A stretch of 58,483 nt of DNA, filler included, from Squatina squatina (lineage: Eukaryota), in assembly GCA_031763465.1 (NCBI GenBank). It is 3 parts of 3 records of this genome, joined end to end, with 100 filler letters (N's around TTAATTAATTAA, not from the genome) between each part and the next. Parts side by side here need not be neighbours in the genome. Positions count along the whole stretch, not along the records: positions 31,422 to 44,562 come from JARFOE010000100.1; positions 44,663 to 58,483 come from JARFOE010000192.1; 1 more part is not named here. One strand, 5' to 3'. How positions within the stretch are numbered: position 1 is the stretch's first letter; the number at the start of each line of letters is the position of its first letter. Made by a program: the position numbers and the translations under genes. Below the pieces are notes generated by a model. That model was given only the letters and a program-made list of their open reading frames with translations, was not told the origin of the DNA and made no database searches. This document shows, piece after piece, positions 35,956 through 47,415 of the stretch.

Positions 35956-37378
35956 TGGGGAGAGGCGGCAGAATACAGGAATTGTAGGCAGTCAGTGAAC
36001 ACGCAACCTGCAGTGAGGGAGAAAACAAGCCGCAAAGCTGATTTAGAAATATTACCTTTTTCGCTTAATCACGAGTTACTTAGAATCTCCTTAAGTGAAT
36101 GGCTGTTTGCCATTAACTGACCGCATTGTGTTTGTTTGGCCGCTCCACAGTAACAGGAGATCCTTGCCTCAGATAGCTCACCATTTAATGGCTAGAAATG
36201 ATTTTCATATGGGCCCAACTCTCACATAAACACTTCATGGAACATATTGAATAACAAACAGCGACCTCACTTAGCAGCCAATCCAATGTTGTCACGCTCT
36301 GGAAAGTTTCACCCTATCCCCATGATTCTGAAACAACAGGAAGGCTTTTGTGAGCTTCATTTGGACAGCTGTCAGGAGCTTCATTGCTAAATGCCTTGTT
36401 TTTTTTTTGCACTGATGTAGTTACCACCACCGCCCCACCCCCTCACCCCCATGGCCACAGGGGGTAAATGCACCATCTGAAGTCGGGGGGGTGGGGGAGT
36501 GGTGGGGGGTGAACCGTGCAGCTCCAGGAGCAATCGCTTGGGCTCTACTGAATCATCTAATCTCAACCAGGGTGGCATTAGAACTGACCTCAGCACCCAG
36601 AGATTGTGGGGGCAGGGGGTGCCCCAGCCCCCCTCACCACCCCACTGCCCGTCAAACAGNNNNNNNNNNNNNNNNNNNNNNNNNNNNNNNNNNNNNNNNN
36701 NNNNNNNNNNNNNNNNNNNNNNNNNNNNNNNNNNNNNNNNNNNNNNNNNNNNNNNNNNNATTTTTTTGTAGAGGTATATATATATATATATATCGTTGAT
36801 GGAAGGGGTGTTCCAGCTTCTAGTGTTAATCCCAATGGGAAGGGCTTCAGTCTCACAGCAGGTGGGACTGGGCTCTGGAAACAGGGCGTCTATGAGTAGT
36901 ATGTGCTATAGAGCAAAAATCAATTAAAACAAAACTGATCCAGACAAGATTTGTCCTAAACCAGACAAGATTGGCGAGTTAACAAAAAAAGAGTTTGCAA
37001 CTACTCATTGCAATGTGTTTTTTTAAAGATATATATAATTTGTTTTCCACTTGTGCTGTGAATCACAGTATCAAAGGTGATCATTGTTTAATTTTAAAAG
37101 GTTGTTCTAATGTTTGGGGGTAGGGGTGGGATCAGCAAAGATGCATGCCAAAAAAAAAATAACACACATTGTCCCTGTTGTATTCCATTGTGGCTGTTTC
37201 GATCGGCGACGCGGGGAGTGCAGTCAGAGCCTGTCGAACGAGTGTNNNNNNNNNNATAAATTTATTTATTTATTTTCCCCTCTTGGGAAGAGATAGTCGC
37301 GGCAGTATTTCCGAGCGCCTTGGCAGGTAATGGAAGACAGTGTGTGAGGACAGAGAGAGAGGGCGGGGGAGAGGCGCG

Positions 37379-37399
37379 GCTGCTCTCCGTGGTGCTGAT
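37379..37399 (-). promoter_or_regulatory. RE1/NRSE (REST binding site)
   Basis: Minus strand ATCAGCACCACGGAGAGCAGC versus consensus TTCAGCACCACGGACAGCGCC; both half-sites present with canonical spacing. Confidence 0.75.
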
Positions 37400-38227
37400 G
37401 TTTTCAATCCAGTGTTTTTCTTTGCACATTTAATCAGCAGAATCTAATTCTGTCGTTCTCTGAATATACTTTTTTCCCCTCAGTAACAAACAGTAAAAAA
37501 TAGGGAGGGGGAAGTCGACAAACGTGCCAATTGTTGGAATATTATAAATAATGTTTCGGTTTGTATTGTATACTAAATATGCAGAACAAAACAAATATAT
37601 TGAAATATGATCCGCTTCTGTGCCTTGGTTATTTCAAATGTGTCGAAAAAGTTGATATTTTTGGGAGGGAGTGTCTGGGTGTGTGCAGTTGCTGTATTTG
37701 TGTGTGTGTGTGCAATGACTATATATAATGTATGTATCTGTTTCCAATTAATGTGTGTGTATATGTGCGCCTATGGCTGTGTGGAATTGCTATATATTAA
37801 TATATGTATGCACGGGTGCGTATAATTACTATAAGTTTACATGTATTTGGGCTATTACTAAACAAATTGTGTGTTAGCGAGAGAGTATGCTGGGCCCTGA
37901 AGGCGGGGTGCTGTCTGCTGCAAGTGAATGGATTGTGGCCTTAAACTGCCATTTCCATTGCCCCCTTGTCCTTGTGTACTGATTACTGAAAGCAGACTTA
38001 GCACTAATCCTCAGACCTCTGTAATGGAATGAGATTGGAGCTGCATGCAGTACATGCGGGATGACGTCTGTGTTCCTTCACTCGGCTGCTCCCGGGGAAG
38101 GACACAGCATTCGACCTTCGAGTGGACNNNNNNNNNNNNNNNNNNNNNNNNNNNNNNNNNNNNNNNNNNNNNNNNNNNNNNNNNNNNNNNNNNNNNNNNN
38201 NNNNNNNNNNNNNNNNNNNNNNNNNNN

Positions 38228-38572
38228 CGGAGAAAGGGATGTGAGCCAGGTTGCTCTGGAACTTGTAGAGTGCGTGCTCGGTAGTGGAGGGCTGGCAGAC
38301 CTGGGCCAGCCCATGGAAGTCGAACTTGTAGGCGTAGCGCTTGCCGTGGACTTTGGTCATGATGTTCTTGTCGTAGTAGTAGCGCAGCGCTCGGCTCAAC
38401 TTGTCGTAGTTCATGTTGGGCTTGCTCTTCCTTTCGCCCCACCGCCTGGCCACCTCATCCGGGTCGGTGAGCTTGAACTCTCCGTTCGTTCCTTCCCAAG
38501 CGATGCAGTTGACGTTACAGCTGTCGGAGAGCAGCTCTAAGAGGAACTGCCACAGCTGGATCTGTCCGCTGC
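38228..38572 (-). CDS. FEV: FEV (Pet-1) ETS transcription factor, last coding exon (3' end lost in gap)
   Basis: Acceptor cctcgtag| then [115 protein letters not shown]. The post-ETS tail [18 protein letters not shown] is FEV-type, not ERG/FLI1. Confidence 0.93.
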
Positions 38573-38604
38573 CTACGAGGATAAATTAACTCAGTTAAAA
38601 AGGA

Positions 38605-39020
38605 AGAACTATCGCGCCTTTCATACCCAAAACGCTTTACAGCCAATGAAGTGCTTTATTTTTGAAGTGTAGTCACTTGTGTGTAATGTAGGAAATGCGG
38701 CAGCCAATTTATACACAGCAAGGTCCCACAAACAGCACTGAGATAATGACCAGATAATCTGTTTTTTTTTTGTGTGATATCAGTTGAGGGCTAAATGTAT
38801 TAGCCAACTCCCCCGCAAAATACTGCCATGGGATCTTTCGCATTCATCTGAGAGAGCAGACAGGGCCTCGGTTTAACGTCTCATTTGAAAGACATGTCCA
38901 ACAACCCCTTCAGCACTGCACTGTGAGTGTCAGCCTAGATTTTTGTGCTCAAGTGTCGTGAAGGGAGTCCTTCTGACTCAGAGGCAAGAGAGAGCGCTAC
39001 CCACTGAGCCACAGCTGACA
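38605..39020 (-). mobile_element. Near full-length tRNA-derived SINE (V-SINE/HE1-like)
   Basis: Minus-strand head tgtcagctgtggctcagtgggtagcgctctc...tctgagtcagaagga, a central core and a LINE-derived tail. Confidence 0.8.
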
Positions 39021-39936
39021 GTTTAATTGGTGATTGACCTTTATCAATGTCCTAAATCCCCTTTTCCAAAGGTCGCCACCTCCCCAACTTCAATAGCTCA
39101 GTGGTTTAAAGTACAATCCAATGCGCTACTGAGCCATAGAAACCAGGAAGGTCACCAGATCATTGCCAAATCAGGTCTGTGCTGGGTTCGATCATTTCAG
39201 TTGGGGCAATACACGTGGCCTCAGTTTCCATGGGGTAAGGTGTAAATACATCATTTTTGCTGGAGGAATAGAGAAAGAAAGAAAGAAAGAAGTCTTTGCA
39301 TTCTACAGTGTGTTATTATGGCAAAACATCTCACAGTGTTTCATANNNNNNNNNNNNNNNNNNNNNNNNNNNNNNNNNNNNNNNNNNNNNNNNNNNNNNN
39401 NNNNNNNNNNNNNNNNNNNNNNNNNNNNNNNNNNNNNNNNNNNNNACAGCCCTCTTGGGTAGAGAATTCTAAAGATTCTTCTGAGTGAAGAAATTCCTCC
39501 TCATCTCAGTCCTAAATGGCCGACCCCTTATGCTGAGACTGTGTCCCCTGGGTTCTAGACTCTCCAGCCAGGGGAAGCAATCTCTCCGCATTTATCCTGT
39601 CAATCCTCTGCAGAATCTTATATGTTTCAATGAGATCGCCTCTCATTCTTCTAAACTTCAGAGCATATAGCCTCTGCGCTGTTCAATTCAGGATCCTTCA
39701 AACTGATTGTTTAAGGAGACACGCTTTCCCTGTTCATACAGGTTCTGGATGGCCTGTAAGGGGCCTCACAGTGTTTCACTTGCAACTTCCAGTGCAAGAT
39801 CTCATGGAAAATAAACAGGCCAGGGCACCATACATTGACCGGCCACTGGGCCATTGTTCTTTTTGCGAAACTTAGTCTAAACGCGGCAGAAAACCCTCTT
39901 GCGCATGATGGGCAGTCGCACGTGCGAGGTACTCAC

Positions 39937-40135
39937 TTGAGTCTGCGGTGGCTAGATCCGACGAGGTTGCCGTGGTGCCAGTCGGGGATGCAAAGCCTCT
40001 TTTATACTCCTGCCTCGCCCCCAGTGTAAGTGCAGAATGGACACAATCCCTGCAAGCTCAGCAGCGTGCAGCCTTGAAAAGGCCCCGCGTGAGTCAAAAA
40101 GCTTTTGTGCGGAGCCTCAGTGACCATTGTCAGTG
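39937..40135 (-). promoter_or_regulatory. TATA promoter plus short non-coding first exon, crystallin-like (candidate CRYBA2)
   Basis: TATAAAAG at 40006-39999; donor CAA|gtgagt at 39937; MARE-like TGCTGAGCTTGCA (40051-40063); TGAGTCA (40090-40096); SOX-like CATTGT (40125-40130). Lies upstream of FEV on the same strand, as CRYBA2 does in mammals. Confidence 0.5.
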
Positions 40136-41019
40136 GGATCAGCTGTGTTTTTTTTTCTCTCCAAACTTTGCCACAATAGAAAATGCTGTTTCCACGTTTG
40201 ACCCCCGGCCAGGTTACAAGAAAAACAGACTGACACAACACTCTAGTTTGACAGCCAGTGCAATTAGTCACACGCCACTTTGCAAGTACAATGAGCTGGA
40301 TATATAGCAGTGATTTAGAGAGATTATCCTTGTGGAAAGTCTCCCGCTCTCGTCTGCCTTTCTCAGGCAATAGTTCTACGCAACAGCTCACTGTCCCAGT
40401 TGCTTACCTTCATCCAGACCCTTGGAGTTCTGTCCAGTTCGGGTCCAAAGCTTCCGTGGGCTGGGGGAGGGAGGTGGTCCTAGAACCAGGGGTCACCGGC
40501 TCAGAATAAGGGGTCAGCCATTTAGGACTGAGNNNNNNNNNNNNNNNNNNNNNNNNNNNNNNNNNNNNNNNNNNNNNNNNNNNNNNNNNNNNNNNNNNNN
40601 NNNNNNNNNNNNNNNNNNNNNNNNNNNNNNNNTCGCCGACGCTACTGTGGTAAAAGGAACAGATGTCCTTTTTTTCCAAAGTATTGACCTTCCCCTGTTC
40701 ACTGGGAGTTAATATGTCACAGTTCCGGATAAATATTTATCAAACATCGTTAGCTATATTGCACTACCTGGAGCCAATCCTTGCCTTCATTGAGGAGATT
40801 CCCATGGCAACAAAGCCATAATCATTTCTAGTTGCTAAGAAGCCATGAAATGGGAGTGAACAGGTTTCTGTTAAATTGAGCATCGCTTGAGAAGCCCATG
40901 ACAGAGGTTTTTCACATTATCTTCGGATGAATTCAGGCAGGAAACAAAATCTATTTTAAAAAAAAGCTGTTGAAGATTTCACCCCCCGCCCAATTTTCAC
41001 CCCTCTGCTTTGGCCTCCC

Positions 41020-41465
41020 ACCTTCCACCCTGCATATATTTGAGCGCATCGAAAACTCTACTGCCCGAATCCTAACTCGCACCAAGTCCCGCTCTCCCAT
41101 CACCCCTGTGCTCGCTGACCCACAGTGACTCCCAGTCCAGCAACGCCTCAAATTCAAAATGGTCATTTTTGGTCTCAAATCCTTCCAAGGCCTCACTCCT
41201 CCCTATTTCTGTAATCTCCTCCAGCCCTAAAACTNNNNNNNNNNNNNNNNNNNNNNNNNNNNNNNNNNNNNNNNNNNNNNNNNNNNNNNNNNNNNNNNNN
41301 NNNNNNNNNNNNNNNNNNNNNNNNNNNNNNNNNNTTAATACCGTCCTTAAAATTTACCTCCAGTCTGAATATCTCCTTGTGTCTGGTAACAACACTCCTG
41401 TGGAGCACCTTGGGATGTTTTAACTACATTAAAGGAGCTATATAAATGCAAGTTGTTCTTGTTGG
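41020..41465 (+). mobile_element. L2/CR1-group LINE 3' fragment
   Basis: Decayed ARILTRTK...PITPVLADP.*LPVQQRLKFKMVILV and the same tail as 30660-31100. Confidence 0.8.
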
Positions 41466-41520
41466 AGGCATTTACCCTGTGTCCACTAGCACTGACCTTT
41501 TTAACTTCTGCTTTCTTCAG

Positions 41521-41637
41521 CTACTGCAAGCGTTTGAGATTCAGGTGGCCCCCAGCACTGGAACTGTTCCTGCCAAAACCCATGGTCTGCTGGCTCCTGG
41601 AAAGCCTATCGACCTGAAATTTGTGGACAGGAAGTAA
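41521..41637 (+). CDS. CYP27C1: Cytochrome P450 27C1, terminal coding exon
   Basis: Acceptor ttctgctttcttcag| then LLQAFEIQVAPSTGTVPAKTHGLLAPGKPIDLKFVDRK*, matching the recalled CYP27C1 C-terminus (LLQHFEI...AKTHGLLTPGGPIHVRFVNRK*). Confidence 0.85.
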   Translation, partial: LLQAFEIQVAPSTGTVPAKTHGLLAPGKPIDLKFVDRK

Positions 41638-42541
41638 TGTCACTGGCGCAGGGGAGTGCGCAATGGTGGCATGAAGTGGACACCTGGGGAAATGACCTGA
41701 AAATGTGTTGTGAATGAATTCAATTAATAGCACACGACAAGGCTTTCGAGGTAATGCAACTGGGTGCGACAGCGACAGGCTATGAGGGGCTTTTATTCAA
41801 CTCTTTTTTTTTTTAAGTCCCGCGTACAGGTTGGTGCGGAGAACGTTCAGCTGAGTTTATCTCCTGTTTTCCAGTTCAACGTTAAATTGATGCTGAAGGT
41901 CATCGTCGTCCAGTAAACTGCCTGGGTCGAGATTTTTATCCATTTGCGAGGTCATAAGTTTAATATGCTGCCACTCCCCCATCATGTTTTCCTCTTTCTC
42001 TTCTCCCCACCCCCCATTTCCAACCCCTCCCTCCCCTGAATGTATTTGCGGGTGCTGGAGTAAGATTTTGAAGGTGCCANNNNNNNNNNNNNNNNNNNNN
42101 NNNNNNNNNNNNNNNNNNNNNNNNNNNNNNNNNNNNNNNNNNNNNNNNNNNNNNNNNNNNNNNNNNNNNNNNNNNNNNNCCGGCGTGAAAAATGCCAGTT
42201 CCCACCTGTAAGCGCCCCAAAGGGGCGCGAATCCCTTTCAGCCCCCAAGTCTTTCACCAAATATTCACTTCACAGAGACCTGTATATCATAGAGCAGCGA
42301 AGGAGGCTATTTGGCCCATCGGCTCTTTGGGAAAAAAACTCGCCTTCTCTTCCCCCGTAGCCCTGCAATTTTTCCTAATCAAGTATTTATCCAATTCCCT
42401 TTTTGAAAGTTACTATTGAATCCGCTTCCACTGCCCTTTTGGGCAGTACATTCCAGATCTCAACGCCGCTTGCTTTAACACTGGTCCCAGTGGGACTAAT
42501 TTTTCTTTCCAAACTGAAATGACTGACTTTACTTAAAACAG

Positions 42542-42678
42542 GGTTCAACGCCGCCCATGTCGGTGTTTAAAGGCTCAAAGAGACCTTACCTGAAGGAATG
42601 CATTCTCATCGTAAATCACGACACCGGGGAGTATCGACTGGAGAAACTCAGCAGCAACATCACGGTGAAGAAAACCAG
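42542..42678 (+). CDS. EAF2: ELL-associated factor 2, internal exon
   Basis: ag|[46 protein letters not shown]|gt, 137 bp. GSK.PYLKEC and SSNITV favour EAF2 over EAF1, and IQCB1 is adjacent. Confidence 0.88.
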
Positions 42679-43177
42679 GTGGGTATTATGTGGCGTGTGT
42701 GTTGATTCGAGTGCGCCCTCCCACTCTGAGGCATGGTACTTCTGTACAATGGGAAAGGACTCTCTTGCAAAAAAAAAAAAACCCCAATGAATTGGACCGT
42801 TAAAAGGCATCGATTGTCAAATGTGTTTGGGCAGTCTTAACCCAGTTCCTAATCAGGCCTTTGGGAGGGTGGAGAGGAGATGTACTAGAACAAGACCAAG
42901 GATGAGGGACTTGAGTTATGCAGACAGGCTAGAGAATCGGAGGGGTTGTTCTCCTTGGAGCAGAGAAGGTTCAGGGGAGATTTAATAGAAGTGTTTAAAA
43001 TCATGCAGAGTTTTCATAGAATAAAGAAAGAAAGAAAAACTGTGCCCACTAGNNNNNNNNNNNNNNNNNNNNNNNNNNNNNNNNNNNNNNNNNNNNNNNN
43101 NNNNNNNNNNNNNNNNNNNNNNNNNNNNNNNNNNNNNNNNNNNNNNNNNNNNACTGTAGAAGTGATTTACCTTTCAG

Positions 43178-43350
43178 GACAGTATTGTTCTCGGTGAAAG
43201 AGAAAAACATCCGCTTAATTCTGGATGAATTAATTTACAAGCTTTCAGCGACCACCAATCCAGTTATAGGAAGCATATCCATCAAAGTAATGCTGATGAT
43301 AGTGGAGTCCCATCCTCCCACCTTGCAGATGCTCTGCACTTCCTACATAG
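43178..43350 (+). CDS. IQCB1: IQCB1 (NPHP5) internal exon
   Basis: ctttcag|...TVLFSVKEKNIRLILDELIYKLSATTNPVIGSISIKVMLMIVESHPPTLQMLCTSYI|gtatgt; resembles recalled human ILDEVIFKLFSTPSPVIRSTATKLLLLMAESH. Missed by the ORF track. Confidence 0.85.
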
Positions 43351-43717
43351 GTATGTGAAATACAAATTATTTATAGTATTACTCCAGTTAAGGCTCTGCG
43401 TAATTGCATTTTGTAAGGTTGTCTTTGGCAGTTCCCAAGTGCAAAAACTGAACCAGACTAATTTTTTTTTAAAATTTCTTTGAAGAAGGAGCTCCCCAAA
43501 TTGCTCAGGTGTTAACTGCGGTGCATGGTGTTGTACTGAGTCGAATGAACCAGAATCTCCCAAATTCAATTTCTAGCCTGTGATGAGTAATGATGAATGT
43601 TCTGTAAATCCCCTTGCTTGGCTTCAAACCCCAAGGGGGTGAAATTTAGCTTTCGTGATCGCCCAGGGAGCGCCTCTGGGAGGCGCTACCTGGACGATCA
43701 GCTGTTTGCGGTGGCCG

Positions 43718-43855
43718 GCAGTGAATATAGAGAGTTAGGAGGTAAATTAAAAAGTAGGACCTCAAAGGTAGTAATCTCAGGATTACACCCAGTGGCACGT
43801 GCTAGCGAGAGTAGAAATAGGAAGATATATCACATTAATACGTGGCTGGAGAGGT
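43718..43855 (+). mobile_element. CR1 ORF1 (SGNH esterase-like) fragment
   Basis: SEYRELGGKLKSRTSKVVISGLHPVARASESRNRKIYHINTWLER. Confidence 0.8.
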
Positions 43856-44391
43856 AGAAACATAGNNNNNNNNNNNNNNNNNNNNNNNNNNNNNNNNNNN
43901 NNNNNNNNNNNNNNNNNNNNNNNNNNNNNNNNNNNNNNNNNNNNNNNNNNNNNNNNNNNNNNNNNGGGTAATGTAGGAAATTCTGTATTTTATTTATGAA
44001 AAAATAGCCAAATGTTTATGTATGTGGAAAAGTAACTTTTATAAAGTGAGGAGGGAAATCAGGAAGCATTTTTTCATACAAAGGGTAGTGAAAATGTAGA
44101 ACTCTATAGGCTGTGGATGGGCTGGGCCAATTGAACTTTTCAAGACTGCAATCAATAGATTTTTGTTCGGTAAGGGCATAGAGGAATGTGAAAAAATGGC
44201 AGGTGAATGAAGTTGAGGTACAATGATCTCGTGATCTAACAGAATGGCGGAACAGGCTCGAGGGGCTGTATGACCTACTCCTGTTCCTACGTTCTTTGCA
44301 TCTGTATTCTATGGTACATTTAGTATCTGTATGGAATTCTGGCTGTGTTTGCTGAGAACTGATTGTAATCTCACATGAATTGCAATTTAAG

Positions 44392-44534
44392 GGCAAAGCG
44401 TGAACAGGAAATGCAACGGCGAGAGAAGGCGCGAGAGGAGGAGGAGCTTAAACACCAGCTGCGGCTTCGGCGGCACCGAGCTCTACGAGAGTTTCGACAG
44501 CGGCAACTGAGCTTACTGGAAATAGTCCCCGCAA
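44392..44534 (+). CDS. IQCB1: IQCB1 (NPHP5) internal exon, coiled-coil region
   Basis: ag|AKREQEMQRREKAREEEELKHQLRLRRHRALREFRQRQLSLLEIVPA|gtaaat, 143 bp; resembles recalled human EEEDLKLQLQLQRQRAMRLSRELQLSMLEIVHP. Confidence 0.87.
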
Positions 44535-44562
44535 GTAAATGACTTTTCAAAGATTTTGTCTC

Positions 44563-44662
44563 NNNNNNNNNNNNNNNNNNNNNNNNNNNNNNNNNNNNNN
44601 NNNNNNTTAATTAATTAANNNNNNNNNNNNNNNNNNNNNNNNNNNNNNNNNNNNNNNNNNNN
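44563..44662. other. Artificial scaffold-concatenation linker
   Basis: TTAATTAATTAA at 44607-44618 inside an N run. Confidence 0.97.
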
Positions 44663-45724
44663 CCTCCAGGCAAGTTCAAATTATGCTAATCATCAATTAG
44701 GCCCAAAATTGCATGCTAAAACCAACTTTCAAACAGGCATGTCTTATTAGCACAGCACCCATTTAGCACCTGTTTTGGCCCTTTTACAAAAATAGCCCCC
44801 TATGTATTTTATTCACATCTGCAGTGAATGCACCTCACAGGGTAGATGCAACTCTAAGGGTAGCTTTTATCAACTCCCGCTCCCAGCATGGAGCATGATG
44901 TGCTGGGAGTACAGATTAAGAACCTGGGCCCAGAGTTCAGCGAGCCCTGCAGCATGCGCACTCAATGTGTCAAACTTCTCCACGCCAGGAGCGCATGTGG
45001 TCAATGGTATGGTGTGAATAAGGTTTGAAGACCGAGCTGCAACAAGAGGAGCTTTCTCCGGTGAAAGAGGTCCTTACATCAGCTACACTGTAACAGGTGT
45101 CAGACAAACAGATTATCAACTGAACTGGGTCCCATTTTACAAAGAGCTTCTTCAGTTAATAGTTTATCTGTTGTCCCCGAAACTCTTTGTACTGAATCAC
45201 ACAGCTCTTGCCAAGAAAAGGCATTAACTGCAATTGTCAGATTGTATGAGTGATTTGTTTTCAGTCCCTAGTTAATTTTCTTCTCCGAATGAATAGGAAG
45301 CTTTGTGCCTGCGTTCTATAACTTAATAGGCCATTGGGACTGTCTTTCCACAATCCAAATCTCTTAAGCATGGCATTTATAAACAAGGCTAATCAAGTAC
45401 TGAGATGCAGCTTAGAGACATGCGATTATAATTTCATTTCTAGTAATTGGTAAGACTACATTTGTGTCCAATTTTGGACACTGGAGCATAGAATTTCCTC
45501 CGACTGAGTTATGCTGCTGTTGCCCCTTTGAAAACAAACTGCGCCCGATGATGGACTGCTGAAGGAGTTACACACGGGTTACCTGGGTTTGCGCGTATTT
45601 ACAGTCCTTGGAATAAAGCCAGTGCAGAGCTGCATGGACAGTCCTGTGAAGCCTTTAAAAACAATGTTCAGCCTGCACACTTCAGCAGCAGACTAGAGGG
45701 TAAACAGGTAAGAAAGGAACAGTA

Positions 45725-46785
45725 ATAAAAACAGAAAATGCTGGAAAAACTCAGCCGGTTTAGTGGGCAGCATCTGTGGAGAGAGAAACAAAGTTAACGT
45801 TTCAGGTCGATGACCCTTCATCAGAACTGGAAAAAGTTAGAGTATTAACAGGTTTTAAGCAAGTGTTGGGGCAGGGAAAGGGAAGGGAGGAAAGAACAAA
45901 AGGGGAGGTTTGTGATAGGCTGGAAGGCAGGAATGATTAAATGACAAAATGCTGATGAAAGGCAAAAGAAGATAGCAATGGGACAAGTAAAGAAACAAAA
46001 GATGGATCTAAAAGAAGAGGTGCAAATAGGAATAGAAAAATCACTACCAACAGCTGCTGTCTGAAAAAATGGGGGTAGAGGTTATGATCTAAAATTGTTG
46101 AACTCTATGTTGAGTCCAGCAAGCTGTAAAGTACCTAATTGAAAGATTAGGCATTGTTCCTTGAGCTTATGTTGAGCTTCATTGGAATAGTGTAGGAGGC
46201 CGAGGACAGAGAAGTCAGAGCAGGAGTGAGGCGCTGAATTAAAATGGCCGGCAACCAGAAGCTCAGGGTCATGCACGCGGACTGAACGGAGGTGTTCTGC
46301 AAAGCGGTCACTCAATCTACTTTTGGTCTCCAGGAGATCACATCATAAACAGCAAATAGAGTACACTAAATTGAAAGAAGTACAAGTAAATTGTTGTTTC
46401 ACCAAGAAGGAGTGTCTGGGGCCCTGGACAGTAGGAAAAGAAGACGTAAAAGGGCAGGTGTTGCATCTCCTGCGCTTGCACGGAAAGTGCCGTGGGAAGG
46501 GGAGGGGGTGTTGGGGGTGATTGAGGAGTGGACCAGAGTATTGCATCGGGTGTGGTCCTTTCGAAAAGCTGAAGGGGAGAGGGGTGAAGATGTGTTTGGT
46601 GAAGATAGCAGAAATGGCGGAGGATGATATGTTTCATGTGGAGGTTGGTGGGGGTGGAAGGTGAGCCCGATCGTGGTTCTAGGAGGGAGTGAGAGCAGAA
46701 GTGCAGGAAATGGGATGCACACAGTTGACGGCCCCGTCAACCACAGTAGAGGGGAATCCTTGGCTGAGGAAAAAGGAAGACACAT
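45725..46785 (-). mobile_element. Penelope-like retroelement 3' part (Cys-rich linker, GIY-YIG endonuclease, terminal repeat)
   Basis: FPCKRRRCNTCPF...FTCTSFNLVYSICC, then ETK..LSDRFAEHLRSVRVHDPELLVAGHFNSAPHS...EQCLIFQLGTLQLAGLNIEFNNFRS*. Confidence 0.9.
45792..45828 (-). ncRNA. Minimal (Penelope-type) hammerhead ribozyme motif
   Basis: Minus strand AGUU-CUGAUGA-AGGGUC AUC GACCU-GAAA-CGUU-AACU, downstream of the GIY-YIG stop. Confidence 0.6.
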
Positions 46786-46885
46786 NNNNNNNNNNNNNNN
46801 NNNNNNNNNNNNNNNNNNNNNNNNNNNNNNNNNNNNNNNNNNNNNNNNNNNNNNNNNNNNNNNNNNNNNNNNNNNNNNNNNNNNN

Positions 46886-47415
46886 TTACGGCTAAAGGGA
46901 TCAGGGGGTACGGTGAGAAAGCAGGTACGGGGTACTGATCAGCCATGATCACATTGAATGGCGGTGCAGGCTCGAAGGGCCGAATGGCCTACTCCTGCAC
47001 CTATTTTTCTATGTTTCTAAACTGGGATTGTTCTCCTTAGAGCAGAGAAGCTTAAGAGGAAATTTGACAGAGGTGCTCAAAAACATGAACAGTTTTGCTG
47101 GAGTAAATAAGGAGAAACTGTTTCCAGTGGCAGAAGAGTCAGTAGCCAAAGGACACAGATTTAAGGTGATTGGCAAAAGAACAATAGGCGACATGATGAA
47201 AGATTTTTTTGTGCAGTGAGTTGTGATCTGGAATGCACTGCCTGAAAGGGTGGTGAAGGCAGATTCAGTAGTAACTTTCAAAAGGGAATTAGATAAATAC
47301 TTGAATGGAAAAATTGACAGGGCTATGGAGAAAGAGGTGGTGAGCGGTTAGCTCTACCACAGAGTCGGCACAGGCACAATGGGCCAAATGGCCTCCTTCG
47401 ATGCTGTATCATTAT
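46886..47415 (+). mobile_element. Two nested CR1 3' fragments
   Basis: CR1 terminus ggctcgaagggccgaatggcctactcctgc followed by LFSLEQRSLRGNLTEVLK...KGHRFKVIGKR. Confidence 0.85.

Noticed and set aside
38004-38127. C-terminal extension of the FEV ORF after the gap
   Set aside because: Gap length is arbitrary and the sequence does not resemble the FEV C-terminus; it is probably 3' UTR.
38228-38572. ERG or FLI1 as the identity of the ETS exon
   Set aside because: The residues after the ETS domain match FEV, and KLTDPDE is FEV-type rather than KMTDPDE.
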